The notes under the pieces are model-generated. The model made no database searches. It worked only from the letters and a program-made list of their open reading frames with translations, and had not been told where the DNA came from. A DNA stretch of 64,000 nt, from assembly GCF_026210795.1 (NCBI RefSeq), contig NC_089429.1:7564001-7628000 (forward strand). The letters run 5' to 3'. Within the stretch, counting starts at the first letter, position 1; the number at the start of each line of letters is the position of its first letter. Below are positions 1 to 13,302 of this stretch, one piece after another. Source of the DNA: Rhizophagus irregularis (taxonomy: Eukaryota). The translations under genes were made by a program, and so were the position numbers.

Positions 1-604
1 TTCCACTTGTGACACATTTAATCAATTATTCATATCTTCCCATCTACCTACTAAAAAGTTCACACTGAAGCATATTTGGAATCTGCTTAATGATGATGAC
101 AGTGATACAAATACGTATATATAATCCTTGGAAAGACTTAACTAATAAGGCATTAAAGAAAGCATTTAAGTAATGTGTGTCCTCCTTTCCTCTCTCTATC
201 TCCTCCATTCATGACATTTTTTTAATTATTGTAATATCAGTCAAAGATAGAAGATTCATAATAATAGAGATATCATAAAATTTCTTGCTATTATTACTTC
301 AGATATAATATTAAGTTTCTTTAAAACTTTTAAAATGGATTTTATATTTATATACAACTGCTTCTTTAAAACATTTTTAGAATTAACTCTATATATAGAT
401 TTGATTTTATAATGAAAGTATACTTTAATCATATTTTATATAACATATTACTATATATTGCTGACCACAATCCCTCCATATATAGTACCCCCTCATTTTT
501 CTGAAAAATCTCCAATTTCTTTTGATTTTACTATTTGAACAATCTAATTTTACACAGGCGATACATGTAAAAGTGTTGATTGACCCCCTAAAATTTGCAA
601 GATA

Positions 605-1067
605 CCTGGGTACTGTGGTCCAATAAAGAAAAAATTTAAAAAATTTTACTTATTAAATAGATATGAAATTTCAGTAACAACTCATGGCGGTACTAATGAA
701 TTTGGAATCGACATGATCATCTCTTTTCAAAATTGTTGACAACTCAGAGATTGTATGTAATTTTATAGCAATTTTTTTTACCCATTAAATTAGAAACTTA
801 ATTTTATCTTTTTACTACTATACCTTTTGATAATCTTTATAAGTAGAATAAGATTAATATACCATACTTTTTAAAAAAGTTAATTAAATATAAAGACAAA
901 AAATTGCAATTTATTGTTATATGCATATAGCATATAATTGCATTTATATAACATTAGCTTATATTTCATACTTTTCTTATATTATTATTCAAATATTTAA
1001 TTACAATTTAACAGTTTTATTACTTTAACAAATGATATACCATATATCATAGACCATAATACCCAGG
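605..1067. mobile_element. MITE with ~16-bp TIRs and TA flanks (Tc1/mariner-like, non-autonomous)
   Basis: Left end TA|CCTGGGTACTGTGGTC; the right end reverse-complements to TA|CCTGGGTATTATGGTC; AT-rich non-coding interior. Confidence 0.7.
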
Positions 1068-1199
1068 TAGACACTATACATAATGGGGTACAGGATTTTT
1101 GGGTATATTTTTGTGTATAATACTCAAATACTTGATATTGTATTCAGAAAGTAAAGATCTTTCCATACGATTGCAGGACCTCAAGACCAACTGTCGCCA

Positions 1200-1430
1200 T
1201 CTTTGGCAGAGAATGCAGCTATCATGAGCTGGTTTTGAGCATTGTAATGGTTCCAGATTCAGTGACAGACATGAATGAAAACTTGTGAAAACCCGAATGG
1301 AAGAATTGAATCCATCAAACCGTTTAATTCGCACTAACAATGTGTGGAATTTAGCAATCATTGACAATATCGATTTTAAAGAGAAGAGTTTCAAGTTCGG
1401 TATTTCCTTTTCCTGGAGGCGTCCACAATC
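1200..1430 (+). pseudogene. Fragment of a transposase-like hypothetical protein
   Basis: ORF segment RMEELNPSNRLIRTNNVWNLAIIDNIDFKEKSFKFG is protein-like, with a hydrophobic strand followed by D-N-x-D as in some DDE-type transposases; it degenerates afterwards. Family assignment is from recall only. Confidence 0.35.
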
Positions 1431-2086
1431 CTCATGGGCAATTTTATACAAACTTTCCCATGAATCAAATCCAAATCTAACCAAATTTGATTCAAAAATC
1501 ATGTGGGTTCAGCTATCATGGTCATGTGGCACAGATATTCACCAAATAATTTTTATGAATACATCTGTAAAACTGAAAAAGATAAATTCACTACAAAATA
1601 TGAGAATGTACATAGAGCTGGCAAATCCATCAATTACTATAATATTATACTACCAAACAATGAGAAGTATAATAAATAAGATACTTTACCCTCTATAGAA
1701 AAATATATAATGAAAAAGAAAAGAGTGAAATATTCTGAAGTAGTAGCATGCGGACAATAATCAGAATAATTTTGATACCTGTCTTATAGACTATTTTGCA
1801 ACTGCTGCTTAAAAAAACCAATATCTTACTATAGCAATCATGATAATGGAGTCATAATCAATCATGTGATAATTTTTAATAAAACTGTTAATACATGCGG
1901 TTCAAAATTTGTCATTGATGAAATCACATTACACAATATAACTCTTTTAATAGCTAGAAGAAAAAGTCACAGTCTCTATGATTAATTTACCTTAAATATT
2001 ATATTCAGATACTATACTGCAGCATCATTAGTGGTTATAATCCATTTAGTTGGAGTTCTGGATTTCTACAATTTCAAGAAATCAAG

Positions 2087-2775
2087 AACAGAATATTTAA
2101 ACTATATAAAATTTATAAAATTAGAATTTATATATTTATTAGTTTCATATTAGTTTCATAAAATATAAATTCTTAAAACTATTAAAATAAATTTCATATT
2201 TCATATTTATATAACTACTTCTATCTTTAAAATATTTTTGAGAATTAACCTTAATTAACCTTATACATCAATTATTTTATGAAAAGTATACTTTAATCAA
2301 CATATTATATATATAAATAAAGAGAATATAATTTAATATTTTCTTTTCTTTTACATTCCTTTTAATAAAAAATAATATACCCCGGATATTTTAAAAAATT
2401 CTAAGAAGGGTATTTATTATACATGGGAGGTACTAGATATACGGTAATTTTAATTTATTAAAAATTTTTATTCATTTTACTTACTATATATTATTTAATA
2501 GAATATTTAAACTATTATAAAAATTTAAAATTAGAATTTATATTTATTAGTTTCATATTAGTTTCATAAAATATAACATTCTTAAAACTATTAAAATGAA
2601 TTTCATATTTATATAACTATTCTATATTTAAAAATATTTTTGAGAATTAGTCTTATACATCAATAATTTTATGAAAGTATACTTTAATCATATTTTATGC
2701 AACATATTAATATTCACAAAGAGAATATAATTTAATCACCTTTCAATGTCTTCTTTTCTTTTACATTCCTTTTGT
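2087..2775. repeat. Direct duplication of a ~270-bp AT-rich unit (about 2087-2365 and 2500-2775), with a more diverged partial copy at about 300-450
   Basis: Shared strings such as AGAATATTTAAACTAT, TTAGTTTCATATTAGTTTCATAAAATATAA and GAAAGTATACTTTAATCA. Confidence 0.8.
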
Positions 2776-3576
2776 AAAAAATAAATAAATGTAAAACAAG
2801 TATATTTTTTAAAATTAATATAAAATAACAAAAATAAATTAGGTTAATTATAATTATATTATTTGCAAGTGTAAATTTAAATATATTAAACTATGTTAAT
2901 TAAGATTAAAAAATTTGTTATTATATTACATTTTTCATCTTATTTTTACTGCTTATACTGAAAACAATTTTTTATTAATAAGTATTATGGATTTATATAT
3001 TTATAATAAAACTTCATACTAAGTAATAATAAATAACTAAAAAATAGAAATTATCAAAAATTATAGTAAAAAAATTATATACAAACCATACAATATTAAA
3101 TTAAAGATATAATATTACTTTATTTTAAAAATTCTAGAATTCTATCCTTTAAATCTTATTTAGATTAATCTGATTTGATTCAAATCGGTAATTTAGAATA
3201 TCCAGGTAGTATCCAGAAATTATCTGGATATCCAGATTGAACAGATACTACAAGTAAATTAGAAATCCAAATGAACAGATATACACTCTACTTGGGTATA
3301 AACCTCATACTGGATCATAGTATTCTTCATGATTGAATACTAATTCCAATCCAAGAATTGAGTACTGTAATGGTATGTTGCATATCTTCTACCAAAATTA
3401 ACCAGGAGTGATATCACTTGCAGACACATCTGGAATAATATAAATTATTTGAATCTTTCATTTTCATTTTTATTGTTTTTATCAATAACTCTCCTATTCT
3501 TTTCATAATTCGCCGCTTTTATACAGTCAACCTCCTTTATAGTCACACCCCTCAGGACTGAAAAAAAGGGTGTGAT

Positions 3577-5176
3577 CTAAACATGGGGCCTGAAACCTCT
3601 GAGAGGATTTCCGAAAGTTTCGGGTTTCGGAATATACGAATCGAAACCTCACCCGAAACCCTAAACAAGTTCCGAAACCCTAAATAAATCCTGAAACCGA
3701 AACTAATTTCAGTTATCTCGAAACTAATCCCGATATCCAGAAACTCGTTGATTGGATACAATTTAAATAATTAATAGATCGATATTCAATATATCGTGTT
3801 TGATAACCATCTTTACTTTTTACATTCAAGCCTTTGGCTGTCTCACATTAATTCACCTGATATAGTTTTTCTTTTAATTTTATTAATTTTCATTCTTCTT
3901 TTAATATAGATATCACTTCCCTAGTATAGTTTCTACCCCTTACTATGTTATGGACTAGCAGGCCATGCCTTCTCGTCTTGGGAATAACTGAAAAGGTGGG
4001 CGGCTTCTCAAGTGGGAGTTTCATACAATTATATATTTTGATTAGTATTCATATTTTATTATGTAATGTCTTAATTGCTAATTCGGTTAAGATCGGCAGT
4101 GTCTTACTATGTAAAATCGGGGCAAAAAAAGAAAATAATTATCTCTTGATCCAATGATCCAATTTCAATGAACTTTTTTTTGTTTTATAGATCTTGATTT
4201 CCTCAATAAAATAAAAAATTTATTGAAATTGAAATACTAAATTATAAGAAAATCGTGAAAAAGTATTTCATATTATTATTATGACTAAATTTTAGTAAAT
4301 CATAAAAAAAGAATTGATTCCTAATTCAGTGATCCAATTTCAATAATTTTTTTTTGTCTTTTAGGTCTTAACCTCCTCTTCACAATAAAAAAAAGTTTGT
4401 CAATATTGGACTGCTAGATCGGAAGATAATCACAAAGATATATTTTGCCATATCATGAATCTAAAAATCGTCTGGCAAAATATGTTTTCGCAATTATCTC
4501 ACGATCTAGAGGCCCAATTTTGACAAAATTTTTTTATTATGTAGAGATTATTGAGATCTAAATAACAAAAAAAAGTTTATCGAAATTGGATCACTAAATC
4601 AGGAGATAATTGTCTGCTTTGTTATTAATGGAATCTGATTGTTGTCAGTAAAATATGTTTTTGTGATTATCTCACAACCTAATGGTCCAATTTCAATGAA
4701 ATTATTTTTATTTTATAAAGGTAATCCAGACTTACAGAACAAAAAAAAGTTCATCAAAATTGGATTATTAGATCATATGATAATTATTTTTATTATTTGC
4801 ACCAATTTCCCCAATTTTACATAGTAGGACACTGCTGATCTTAACCGAATTAGCAATTAAATCTCTTGTATGACAGTCTATCTATAACATAAAAATAAAA
4901 AATAAAAATAAAAATGTTTGGACTTAATTGAGAAGTCTTTTTAATAAAATGTCAGATAGTAATTCAATATTGTTATAATTTTAGTTATTTTAATAAAAAT
5001 TAATTAAGTAAATTAATAGGTTTCGGTTATATTTCGGTATATAAAAGTTTCGGGAATTTCGGGTCAGTTTCGGGTTTCGAGTTTCGGGAAAAAAACACCC
5101 ATCCCGAAACTAAGTTTCGGTATATACCGAAACCTAAAGGGTTTCGGGAGGTTTCGGTTTCGGGCCCCATGTTTAG
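3577..5176. mobile_element. Non-autonomous TIR element (hAT-like subterminal CCGAAAC repeats), interrupted by a nested element
   Basis: CTAAACATGGGGCCTGAAACC at 3577 and GGTTTCGGGCCCCATGTTTAG ending 5176; many CCGAAAC/GTTTCGG motifs near both ends; no TSD recognised. Confidence 0.75.
4071..4860. mobile_element. Nested MITE with ~50-bp TIRs bounded by TTAA
   Basis: TTAATTGCTAATTCGGTTAAGATCGGCAGTGTCTTACTATGTAAAAT at 4071 is the near-perfect reverse complement of the sequence ending at 4860; the interior has repeated GATCCAATTTCAAT motifs in both orientations. Confidence 0.85.
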
Positions 5177-5856
5177 TCACGTGATTAGTACAGTTGCGGT
5201 GTCTATTTTAAGGACACTCTTTTTTAAATTGTGAGTAACTGAATTCGAATATACGATTCCAATGATACATGACTGAAAATGGTCATAAAGATCTTGACCG
5301 GCTGATTTTATTGATTGTTAAAATTGGATTTGAAAAAATTGTGTTACATTTGGAAAAAATCATATTCTTGAATTAAGAAGCTTTTCTGATGACCCATGTA
5401 AACATTCAAGGTTCTAAACATTCTGTAATTTTATAATTCTACGTTTATAATTAGCCACACAACTCAGTACCCATTTTCAATTTGAAATTTACTAAGATTC
5501 GAAATTCGAATACGCGTACTTTGAATACTTATTTAAATGTATATTTTTGGTATTTCCTTCCATTACTCCTTTATTCCAAAAGAGTATTGATTGATAAAAG
5601 CTTAACCTAAATTTAATTAAGCGTTTTGGGGATGAAAAATGAAACTTTTTTAATTTAAACTAGTTCATTTTAATGTTACCCATTTTTAATTAAGTGAATC
5701 ATAGACAACTTTATCAATTAGTATAATAATACATTGGGAGCTTTCCAAACAAATCTTATAAATCTTATTTGTGGACGTTAAATCCTTTATAAATTATCCT
5801 GTAATGTTAAATCATTTCATTTCCTAATTATAACATATTGTAAGAATTCGTGGTTA

Positions 5857-6258
5857 TGGAAGTTCATTTCGCCGGTGGACTTTTCGCCGAAGCCATTTCA
5901 TCGAAAGGGTATTTCGCAGAAGAGAAATTTAGTCGAATGGAATTTTCGCTGAATAGACATTTGCCGAATCCTTTTCTCTGAATCATCCATTTCACCGAAG
6001 TCAACTTCATCGAATAGGACATTCCGCCGAAATGTTAGCGATTGATTAAAATTTCAATCTAATACCCGAACTATAAATCTTTTTAGTAACAAAATTTTGT
6101 AAATATCATACGAATATTTTGGAAAATATGATTTAAATATCTGTTCGATGAAATATAATATTCGATGAATTATCTCTTCGGCGAAATGTCCCTTCGGCGA
6201 AATGGCTTCGGCGAAATGTGTTCGGTGAAATAAACTTCGGCGAAAAGTCAAGATTCCA
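5857..6258. mobile_element. MITE with arrays of TTCGGCGAAATG-type subterminal repeats
   Basis: Perfect 15-bp inverted repeat GACTTTTCGCCGAAG (5878) / CTTCGGCGAAAAGTC (6235-6249); tandem ~13-bp motifs point inward from both ends. A related fragment lies at about 54435-54505. Confidence 0.75.
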
Positions 6259-6882
6259 TTTATTATAATGTAATTGAAAGAATTTTAAGCAAGTTTTTTT
6301 TTCAAAATAACAAATTCAAAATTTACAGATACTTAGCCGAACGCATAAGCATAATGATCTTGGCAAAAAATCACCTGGAACAATTTCCTTTACGCAGATG
6401 GAAAAGTTCTAGGCGTCTAAATAATGAATTGCGCAGCACATATTTTATAATATTAAATAATGAATAATTATTTTTAAATCAATAAACGTTTTGCATGACT
6501 TAAAAATATCCTACAATGAAGTTTATACATAAAAAAACTTAATTCAAAATTCTTAATAGGTATTGACTTGAACTCGACTTGAGTCGGTTCTTGAAAATCG
6601 GTTTGAAGTCAGCTTCGATTTTTATTATGGTTAAAATAGTTCTAAACCAAGGAGACTCAGAATCTTCTGAATTTAGATCGGTTCAAGAATTGGCTCGATG
6701 CAAATCATCACGTGAAAATGTGATTACTCTCAAGAAACATTCAAGTTTGCAATTTCCAAATTAGAGTTTTTCGTTCAGCGGGTGATTAAACATTTCGGAT
6801 TCGTTTCGCCTACTCATAAAGCCACACTTTTGATTTACGGAAAATAACTAAAAGGCAACTTGGATAATTTTCATGTTTTGAG

Positions 6883-7160
6883 TAGAGGCTGGATCCGTTA
6901 TCCGTTTGAATTTTCAGTGGTCATAAATTTATTTCGATTTTATATATAGCAATAGAACAAATTACACTGTTATCCGGATATCCGTCGGATATTAAATTAC
7001 TACAACATTCAGTTACGAAAATAAAATTTTAAACTTTGTCATTATAGATGATCATTGGCTTAATGACTACCTGCTAAATCATTTAAATCTGTGGGTCACT
7101 ATCTAGTATAAATCTGAACGATCTTCAATAATAACCGTCCAAACAACGGATCCATCTCTA
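6883..7160. mobile_element. hAT-type MITE with 8-bp TSD, embedded in the module
   Basis: TIRs TAGAGGCTGGATCCGTT / AACGGATCCATCTCTA; exact 8-bp TSD GTTTTGAG at 6875-6882 and 7161-7168; TATCCG subterminal motifs; present at least partly in all five module copies. Confidence 0.85.
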
Positions 7161-8091
7161 GTTTTGAGGCTTTAAATTCCGTGAACATATGGAATAAAGA
7201 AAAACACGGAATAAATTTTTATAGGGATTAAATAATGTATAAATAAAATAAACTGGAATACGCAAAATAAGGCTGTTGTTTTATGGCTTATACAGTAGTG
7301 CCGAGTGCGGTAGACGGGTAGGGTATCAACAAGATAAAATAATCACGAAATCGCATCGGGTCGATCAATTGATCAATCACACTTTCACACTTGCATTGCC
7401 ACCTAATAAGCCATATTTCCGTATGATAAATTTCTTTTATTAGAAAATTTATGGCTTTTTATTAATAATTTTTATTACAAAAGATAAAAAAAAAATCCGT
7501 TTTCTTTTAAATATGGCTACTTTTGAGTTTCAAAATTTTTCCAAAAAAAAAAATAAAAAAAATACATTTAAAATACAATATGTCCAAATAAATGTCTCAG
7601 TTACCTGTAACTGCTATGACACACAATCATATATTAAAATTTAATATTTAAAAAATAAATTTATTCTATATTTACCCTATCAAATCCGTTCAGGACCTTT
7701 CTTGCGTTCTTTGAAGGTTCTGCATCTACTTGTTCACCCGTAACTTATACCATGACAAGTAAGTAATGGAAACCTTTGGGTTCGATTGGCATTTACCATA
7801 AAAATTTTTTACCTTCTTTATTATGTAAGTATCTTATTATAATATTATCAATTTCATCTTTAAGATTCCTTAATAATTTTATTGATATTGCAGTTTAACT
7901 CCATGCCTACCTCAACCAAACTCAAGGAATCCTAGCGTAAAAGACAAAATAATCATGGTACTTATGGGTTGGAGCGGGTATTGAGGTATTAATATGGAGA
8001 AATTATCCAGCATTTCAAAATAATTATATTTAGTATAGCATATATGGACATTTTTGATACCCCTATTATATAGGACGGGATATTTGGGTAT

Positions 8092-8229
8092 TAGACCATG
8101 CTTCCAAGACATTTCCAATACAACATCCGATCTAACTAAATCATAACATGTGTTTAAACACGCTGTAAAGCACTCTTTGTTTCCAATTTGTACAAAATAT
8201 TCCAAAAGTTCTTCTGCTACTTCGGTGGA
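8092..8229 (-). pseudogene. Captured fragment of a clathrin heavy chain gene (C-terminal hub region)
   Basis: Translates to STEVAEELLEYFVQIGNKECFTACLNTCYDLVRSDVVLEMSWKHGL, matching the clathrin heavy chain pattern AEELLxxFxxxxxxECFxACLxxCYDLxRPDVVLExxWxH; flanked by module repeat sequence and absent from the other copies. Confidence 0.85.
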
Positions 8230-8929
8230 ACGTTAATATCATGAAAGGTGATGTCCATTTTAAAGATGACGGGAAAATTGGGTTATGGACGGGATAATTA
8301 TATTTAGTATAGCATATATTGAACATTTTTGATAATTCCCTAGGATATGTTAGTAATATAAGGCAAGATTTCTTTTCAAAATATCGAACTACAACACAAA
8401 TTAATCAATAAATTTACTAATAAAAAAAAGTTTTTCCCAAATAACTCGAATAAAAAAATTGTGTTATAATAATTTCGATTTATCATAATGTAAAAATTCC
8501 ACCGTGGAACATTCTCTTTCCTTAGAAACGATCGGAAATCACGATCAAATACCCAACGGCACCCAGAAAAACAAATAGGATTTCCTTCATATAAAAAGTA
8601 AACAGTGAAACGTGAGGGTGTAACACATGATAAATAAAAAAAAATAGATCACGTGATCGAGGAATTAAGTTCACTCGAATACATCTTCCACCCGTGTTTC
8701 TAGCGACAAAAATTTTATCTTCATAGATTTAATTCATCAATGTATTTATTTAGGACATGATGATATGATACAACTTCAATTAAGGAGGATTTTAAATGTT
8801 AATAACACGCATTTTTTTATTAATTGTTTAAAGTTAGTAGTACTTTTAAAACAAACATTAGAAATACATAGAAAAAACAATTGTTTTAAAACTACCTGCT
8901 AACACAATACGTTATTACTAGTATTGTCA

Positions 8930-9850
8930 AAATAAACTATATACTATTTCCATTGATGTTAGCTAAAAGTTCTTTATACGTATTGCTCCAAATGTTATAA
9001 TGAAATCTGTTTATCAAAATGCTGTTTCTACTATTTTATTTTCTAAAATGGCATGTGTAATGTTTTTTATTTTATCATCCATTGTTGTTTTTCACAAATT
9101 TTCTAATCCGTCACTATCAATCCCATAATTCTTATGTCCATCAACATTAGAAACCATTTTTCTCTTTTTCAATCTCGACTACTTTATCCCAGATGGATTT
9201 CCAAATGTCCTCTACTACTTCCCCACTTCTTTAGATTTTGCCATCTTTCCAAATTCCCTAGTATTAGATAAAACTCTGGTAATTTCGTGTACCTTAGTGT
9301 AGATACTACTAGTGTGGCGTTCCATTAAAATACTATATGTAGGTAAATCTTTTAATAGATTTTTAACTTCATAAGCTCTTTCGCGCGTATCTTCTTCAGT
9401 TGACTTGTTACATTTTATGAACTTTTATTACAATTACTAATGAACCAAAGTTTTGGGCCAACTTCTAGCAAATAATGTATATCTTCTAACTTGCTACACA
9501 ATGCATATCTGTTTTATATCTAATATTTGATTTTCTTTTGATCCAATTTCTATAATTTCCATAGACTATTTATTTTTCCATCGCAAGGAGCATCTTTTAA
9601 GATTATGATTTATCGCTAAGCTGATTTCTTTAACTTTACTAAACTTTTATTCTTTAATTGATGCATTCAAACTTTCTAACGTTTTTTCCCATTTATTATG
9701 AGCTGCTGAACCGTCTTGCATACTTAATAACCGCAATGTATAAATATGTTACCCAATTATTAAGAAATTTAGTTCAATTACATCATACTACTAGCTACTA
9801 TCTAACCTCTTTCTTATACTAAGACTGAAATTCTGTATCACTTTGGCTAT
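8930..9850 (-). mobile_element. Decayed 3' region of a non-LTR retrotransposon (LINE-like)
   Basis: Frameshifted minus-strand segments EEDTRERAYEVKNLLKDLPTYSILMER and IWDKVVEIEKE resemble the post-RT C-terminus of LINE ORF2; homologous to 49342-49700. Confidence 0.55.
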
Positions 9851-10017
9851 GTTTTCTGTTGTTAATAAAATTAATTATAATTCCATGTAAAATTACCCTA
9901 TCGATATTTATTGCATTCATCGGGTCCTTTCGATCATCATCCTTCTATTATCTAGAACATTGAAATGCATTCTGAAGAATAGGATAATTATTCTTATAAT
10001 TTCGTACATATTTTGCA

Positions 10018-10551
10018 TTACGTACTATCACTATTCCTCATCACTATCATGATTAAATTTTTTATATCGTCAATTTTCTCAGCATCCTCACTTATACCGT
10101 AATCAATCGCATCAATTTTCATATTAAATTCTTCATCTTTGTTACATTTTTTGACATAATTCATTTTGATTTTCGTGTGCTCGTATGTGCGACTAATCAC
10201 GTAAGTTCCAAGTTCCATCTATAGGTCGGACACGATTCTCTCTTGATGACGGGCGATAATGAATTGTTGGAGTGGGAAGAACTCTTGCATCCATCTGTTC
10301 GCGTTATTGAAGATAAAATTATAATCAAAATATGATTTATAGATTCTATATCGCAATAATACATATTTTAAACCTACCAGGGCCATTTCATTAGATACTC
10401 TCATAACTTCTTCTTTTCTATAATTGATAATTCTTTTGCCCCTATTTTTGGCGGTCCATTTCCTTATATTTAAAGAACAACTTTCACACATTACTATCAA
10501 GTTAGGTGAATTATCAACACGATCTTCTTCTGATGGTATTAAATCATGCAA
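10018..10551 (-). pseudogene. Interrupted reading frame of unknown family
   Basis: Two abutting in-frame ORFs (110 and 66 aa) separated by one TAG at 10219-10221 and preceded by an acceptor-like ATTATAG; the mirror copy at about 39875-40370 has several frameshifts. Confidence 0.4.
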
Positions 10552-13302
10552 ACCTATAATTGAATAATTGAAGCATGAAATTTATAAATTAATCTTAAGA
10601 GATTTTATCATTAGATTAAATATTATTATAGGTTAAATTACTATATGATTAGGCCAAATTAAACAGAGATTGCTTTAATGATTGATTACCTTCAAATTAA
10701 ACTCTTAATAAATTATTTGTAAATCCACTATTTTGTCCCAATACCATTTTTAATAGATAATATTCCTACTTCACGTTTTAACGCCAATCAGCATCTTGTT
10801 CTCGTCCATTTTTCAATTTGGTATATGTACAGTAGCATCCGAAGAAATAGACCAAACGTGCATACATGATTGTTAAAAGTTAGAAGCTGCTGCTATCAGT
10901 CCATTACCGATACATTACCATAGTAGCAATCAAGGTCCTCTTATTATTACTTATTTACTACATTTTATTTTAGTCATTGATTTTAAAAAAAAAAATTCGC
11001 GTGAATTTTTTCATATTGATTTCTTTCGCATTGTGGTAATAGTTTTAGCTCAATTTAATCTATTTAAATTATTCAAATAAACATTAAATAATATTTAATT
11101 CTTAAATGTATTTAATTATTAATTAAATTATTCAAAATAAATAAAAAGTCTTTTCAATACCTGAGCTGCATTACTTCATTATGTTTAAATGTCGCAAAAT
11201 GTTTATATGCGCAACAACATAACATTCCATATTTAAATCTTGGCGGTTGATAGTTAAGGAAAACTAGACGAAGCCCGGCCACAGCCTCACAGGCACTTCT
11301 TACTGTCTTTACTGTCTTCCTAGGATTTTATGTATTGATAATTGATGGATGATGTCAGATCAAATTCTATGATAACCATTTAGTCGGTGACACACACTCG
11401 GCAAATCAAACAAATCAAATTGATAGAGTACACGTGCTAATCTGATAACTAATGGTTTTTCTCCGCTCCGTATCTTTTTGTTTTCCACCTTTAAAGTAAG
11501 TAGGAGGTTTAGAACTTATACGTGTTGTTTCTCCGCGCTTTTTTGTTTTCCACCTTTAAAATAGGATATATTCGTATTTTATCTAATTAGTAAAAGGGGG
11601 ATTTTTATATGTAATTATTTTTCGTGCCGTAAATTCTAGTTAATGCTTTTTGTTCAAGCTAGTCAGTTGCTTTAGCAGATGCGAAAACACTATTATGATG
11701 TTTCTCATGTATGGAAAGAACGTTTTCAGATCGCAAAAAGCAACTTAATCTAAAATCTGATGATTCAAGGAAATGATTTAAGTTATAAATAAACAAACGT
11801 TTCCTGAAACTTTTCATAATTATGAATCAACACAATAGAAATTCATAATTCTAATAATAATTCCAATTTAAAAAAGAACTTGGTGAATGCCTGAATGGTG
11901 ATCGATCACAAGGTCTCCAAAACTAAGAAAACTCTGCTTCAAATTCTATTAACTACTACATGTTCAATAAACACGGTTTAATTAAAGTTGAAGACAAACC
12001 AATATTAATTAACAACCAAGAAAGATCGCAAGCGCTCTGTTACAAAATTTGATGTAAATAAGGATGATGATTCTATCCGATGGGAATTGATGATTAAACA
12101 TCATCTCGAAGAAATTCCGAGTGTTTACCAAGCAATAACTAAAAAAGTTCAAACCGGAGATTAATGACGACAACGATTTTAAATCAGTCACTTTCGTCTT
12201 TCAAGAAAATGAAACGTGAGCAAAAAGTTATTAAAATCCGCGATCAATTACTCCAGAATTAAAATAATATCTTCTGTTCATCTTATTACTAATACTCAAG
12301 GGCACAAATGGGTGAGCTTAATGCTAGTGATACTAAAGCAACAAAATAATTGGAGTCCATTATCAAAGTAGCAACAAAAATAAGTTGATTACTGTTTTTT
12401 TCCAACGGATAAGACTTCAAGTAAAGAGTATGCAAATGAGTTACAAGAAAGAAGCTTGCCTTGATGGTTGCTATGATCTGTTATGATAAGAGTGGTATCG
12501 GACTGGCAGTTTATGTCAATGCAGAATAATACTTATTGGATGAGTAGTTCGTACTTGGGTTAGATAGGTCGAAGTTGAACGTGATGAATAAGTTGGATGT
12601 TTAAGTACTCGTTTGATTATTATTCATGAGTAATTGCATTCATAGGTACGTGTTGGTATTAAATTCTTTTAATAATTGTGAAATCATATTTAGGATTAAT
12701 ATCTTGTACCTCCTCGCAAATCTTAAAGATCTTACCGATTCCGTCCTGTGTAATTGATAATATAGTTAATTGAGTATGGTATACAGTATACCTCCGATGT
12801 TGTATACTGTATACTGTAGTATGGTGTAAAAAAACTATACTGTATAGATAAAATGCTAACTATATAAATAAAAAACTATGACTGTATAGATTTTTGTCAA
12901 CTATACAACATCAAATATCATACCCAATATCGTTTAACCGCTATATTTTGAACTTTTTAACAGTGGATATATTCCCATTTGAGATTGATAAATTTTATCG
13001 ATCACTTTTTTAAGCCGGTGGAAAAGAAAAGGTGAAAAAATAATAATTTTTTTTATTTTTATTTTTATTTTTATTTTTTTTTATTAAAAAAACGACTTTT
13101 TTCCAAAGACTAGGGACAAATATGATCGGAATAAGAACGCCACTTTGAAACCAAAATCCCAATTAGGTAAGAGTTGAGCGTGGAGAACAAGATTTAAGGA
13201 ACATTAGTATAATTTTACTAATGTTCCTTTTATTTTGTAGGTAGTACCTACCGGACGCTTAACTTGAGATCAGTTTCAATGGAAGGTTGGAATTAGGGAG
13301 TA

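Larger units (their letters stand above)
6238..8655 (+). repeat. Dispersed non-coding module, copy A
   Basis: Collinear with 13303-15389 (same strand) and with 32443-35762, about 22195-24600 and about 49972-51865 (opposite strand). Confidence 0.92.

Noticed and set aside
7912..8205. 97-aa ORF as a functional clathrin-related protein
   Set aside because: Only the first 38 codons are clathrin-like, the rest is translated repeat, and the start is TTG.
11860..12700. Coding-like stretch in both arms
   Set aside because: Stops in all frames and no recognisable family; left uncalled.
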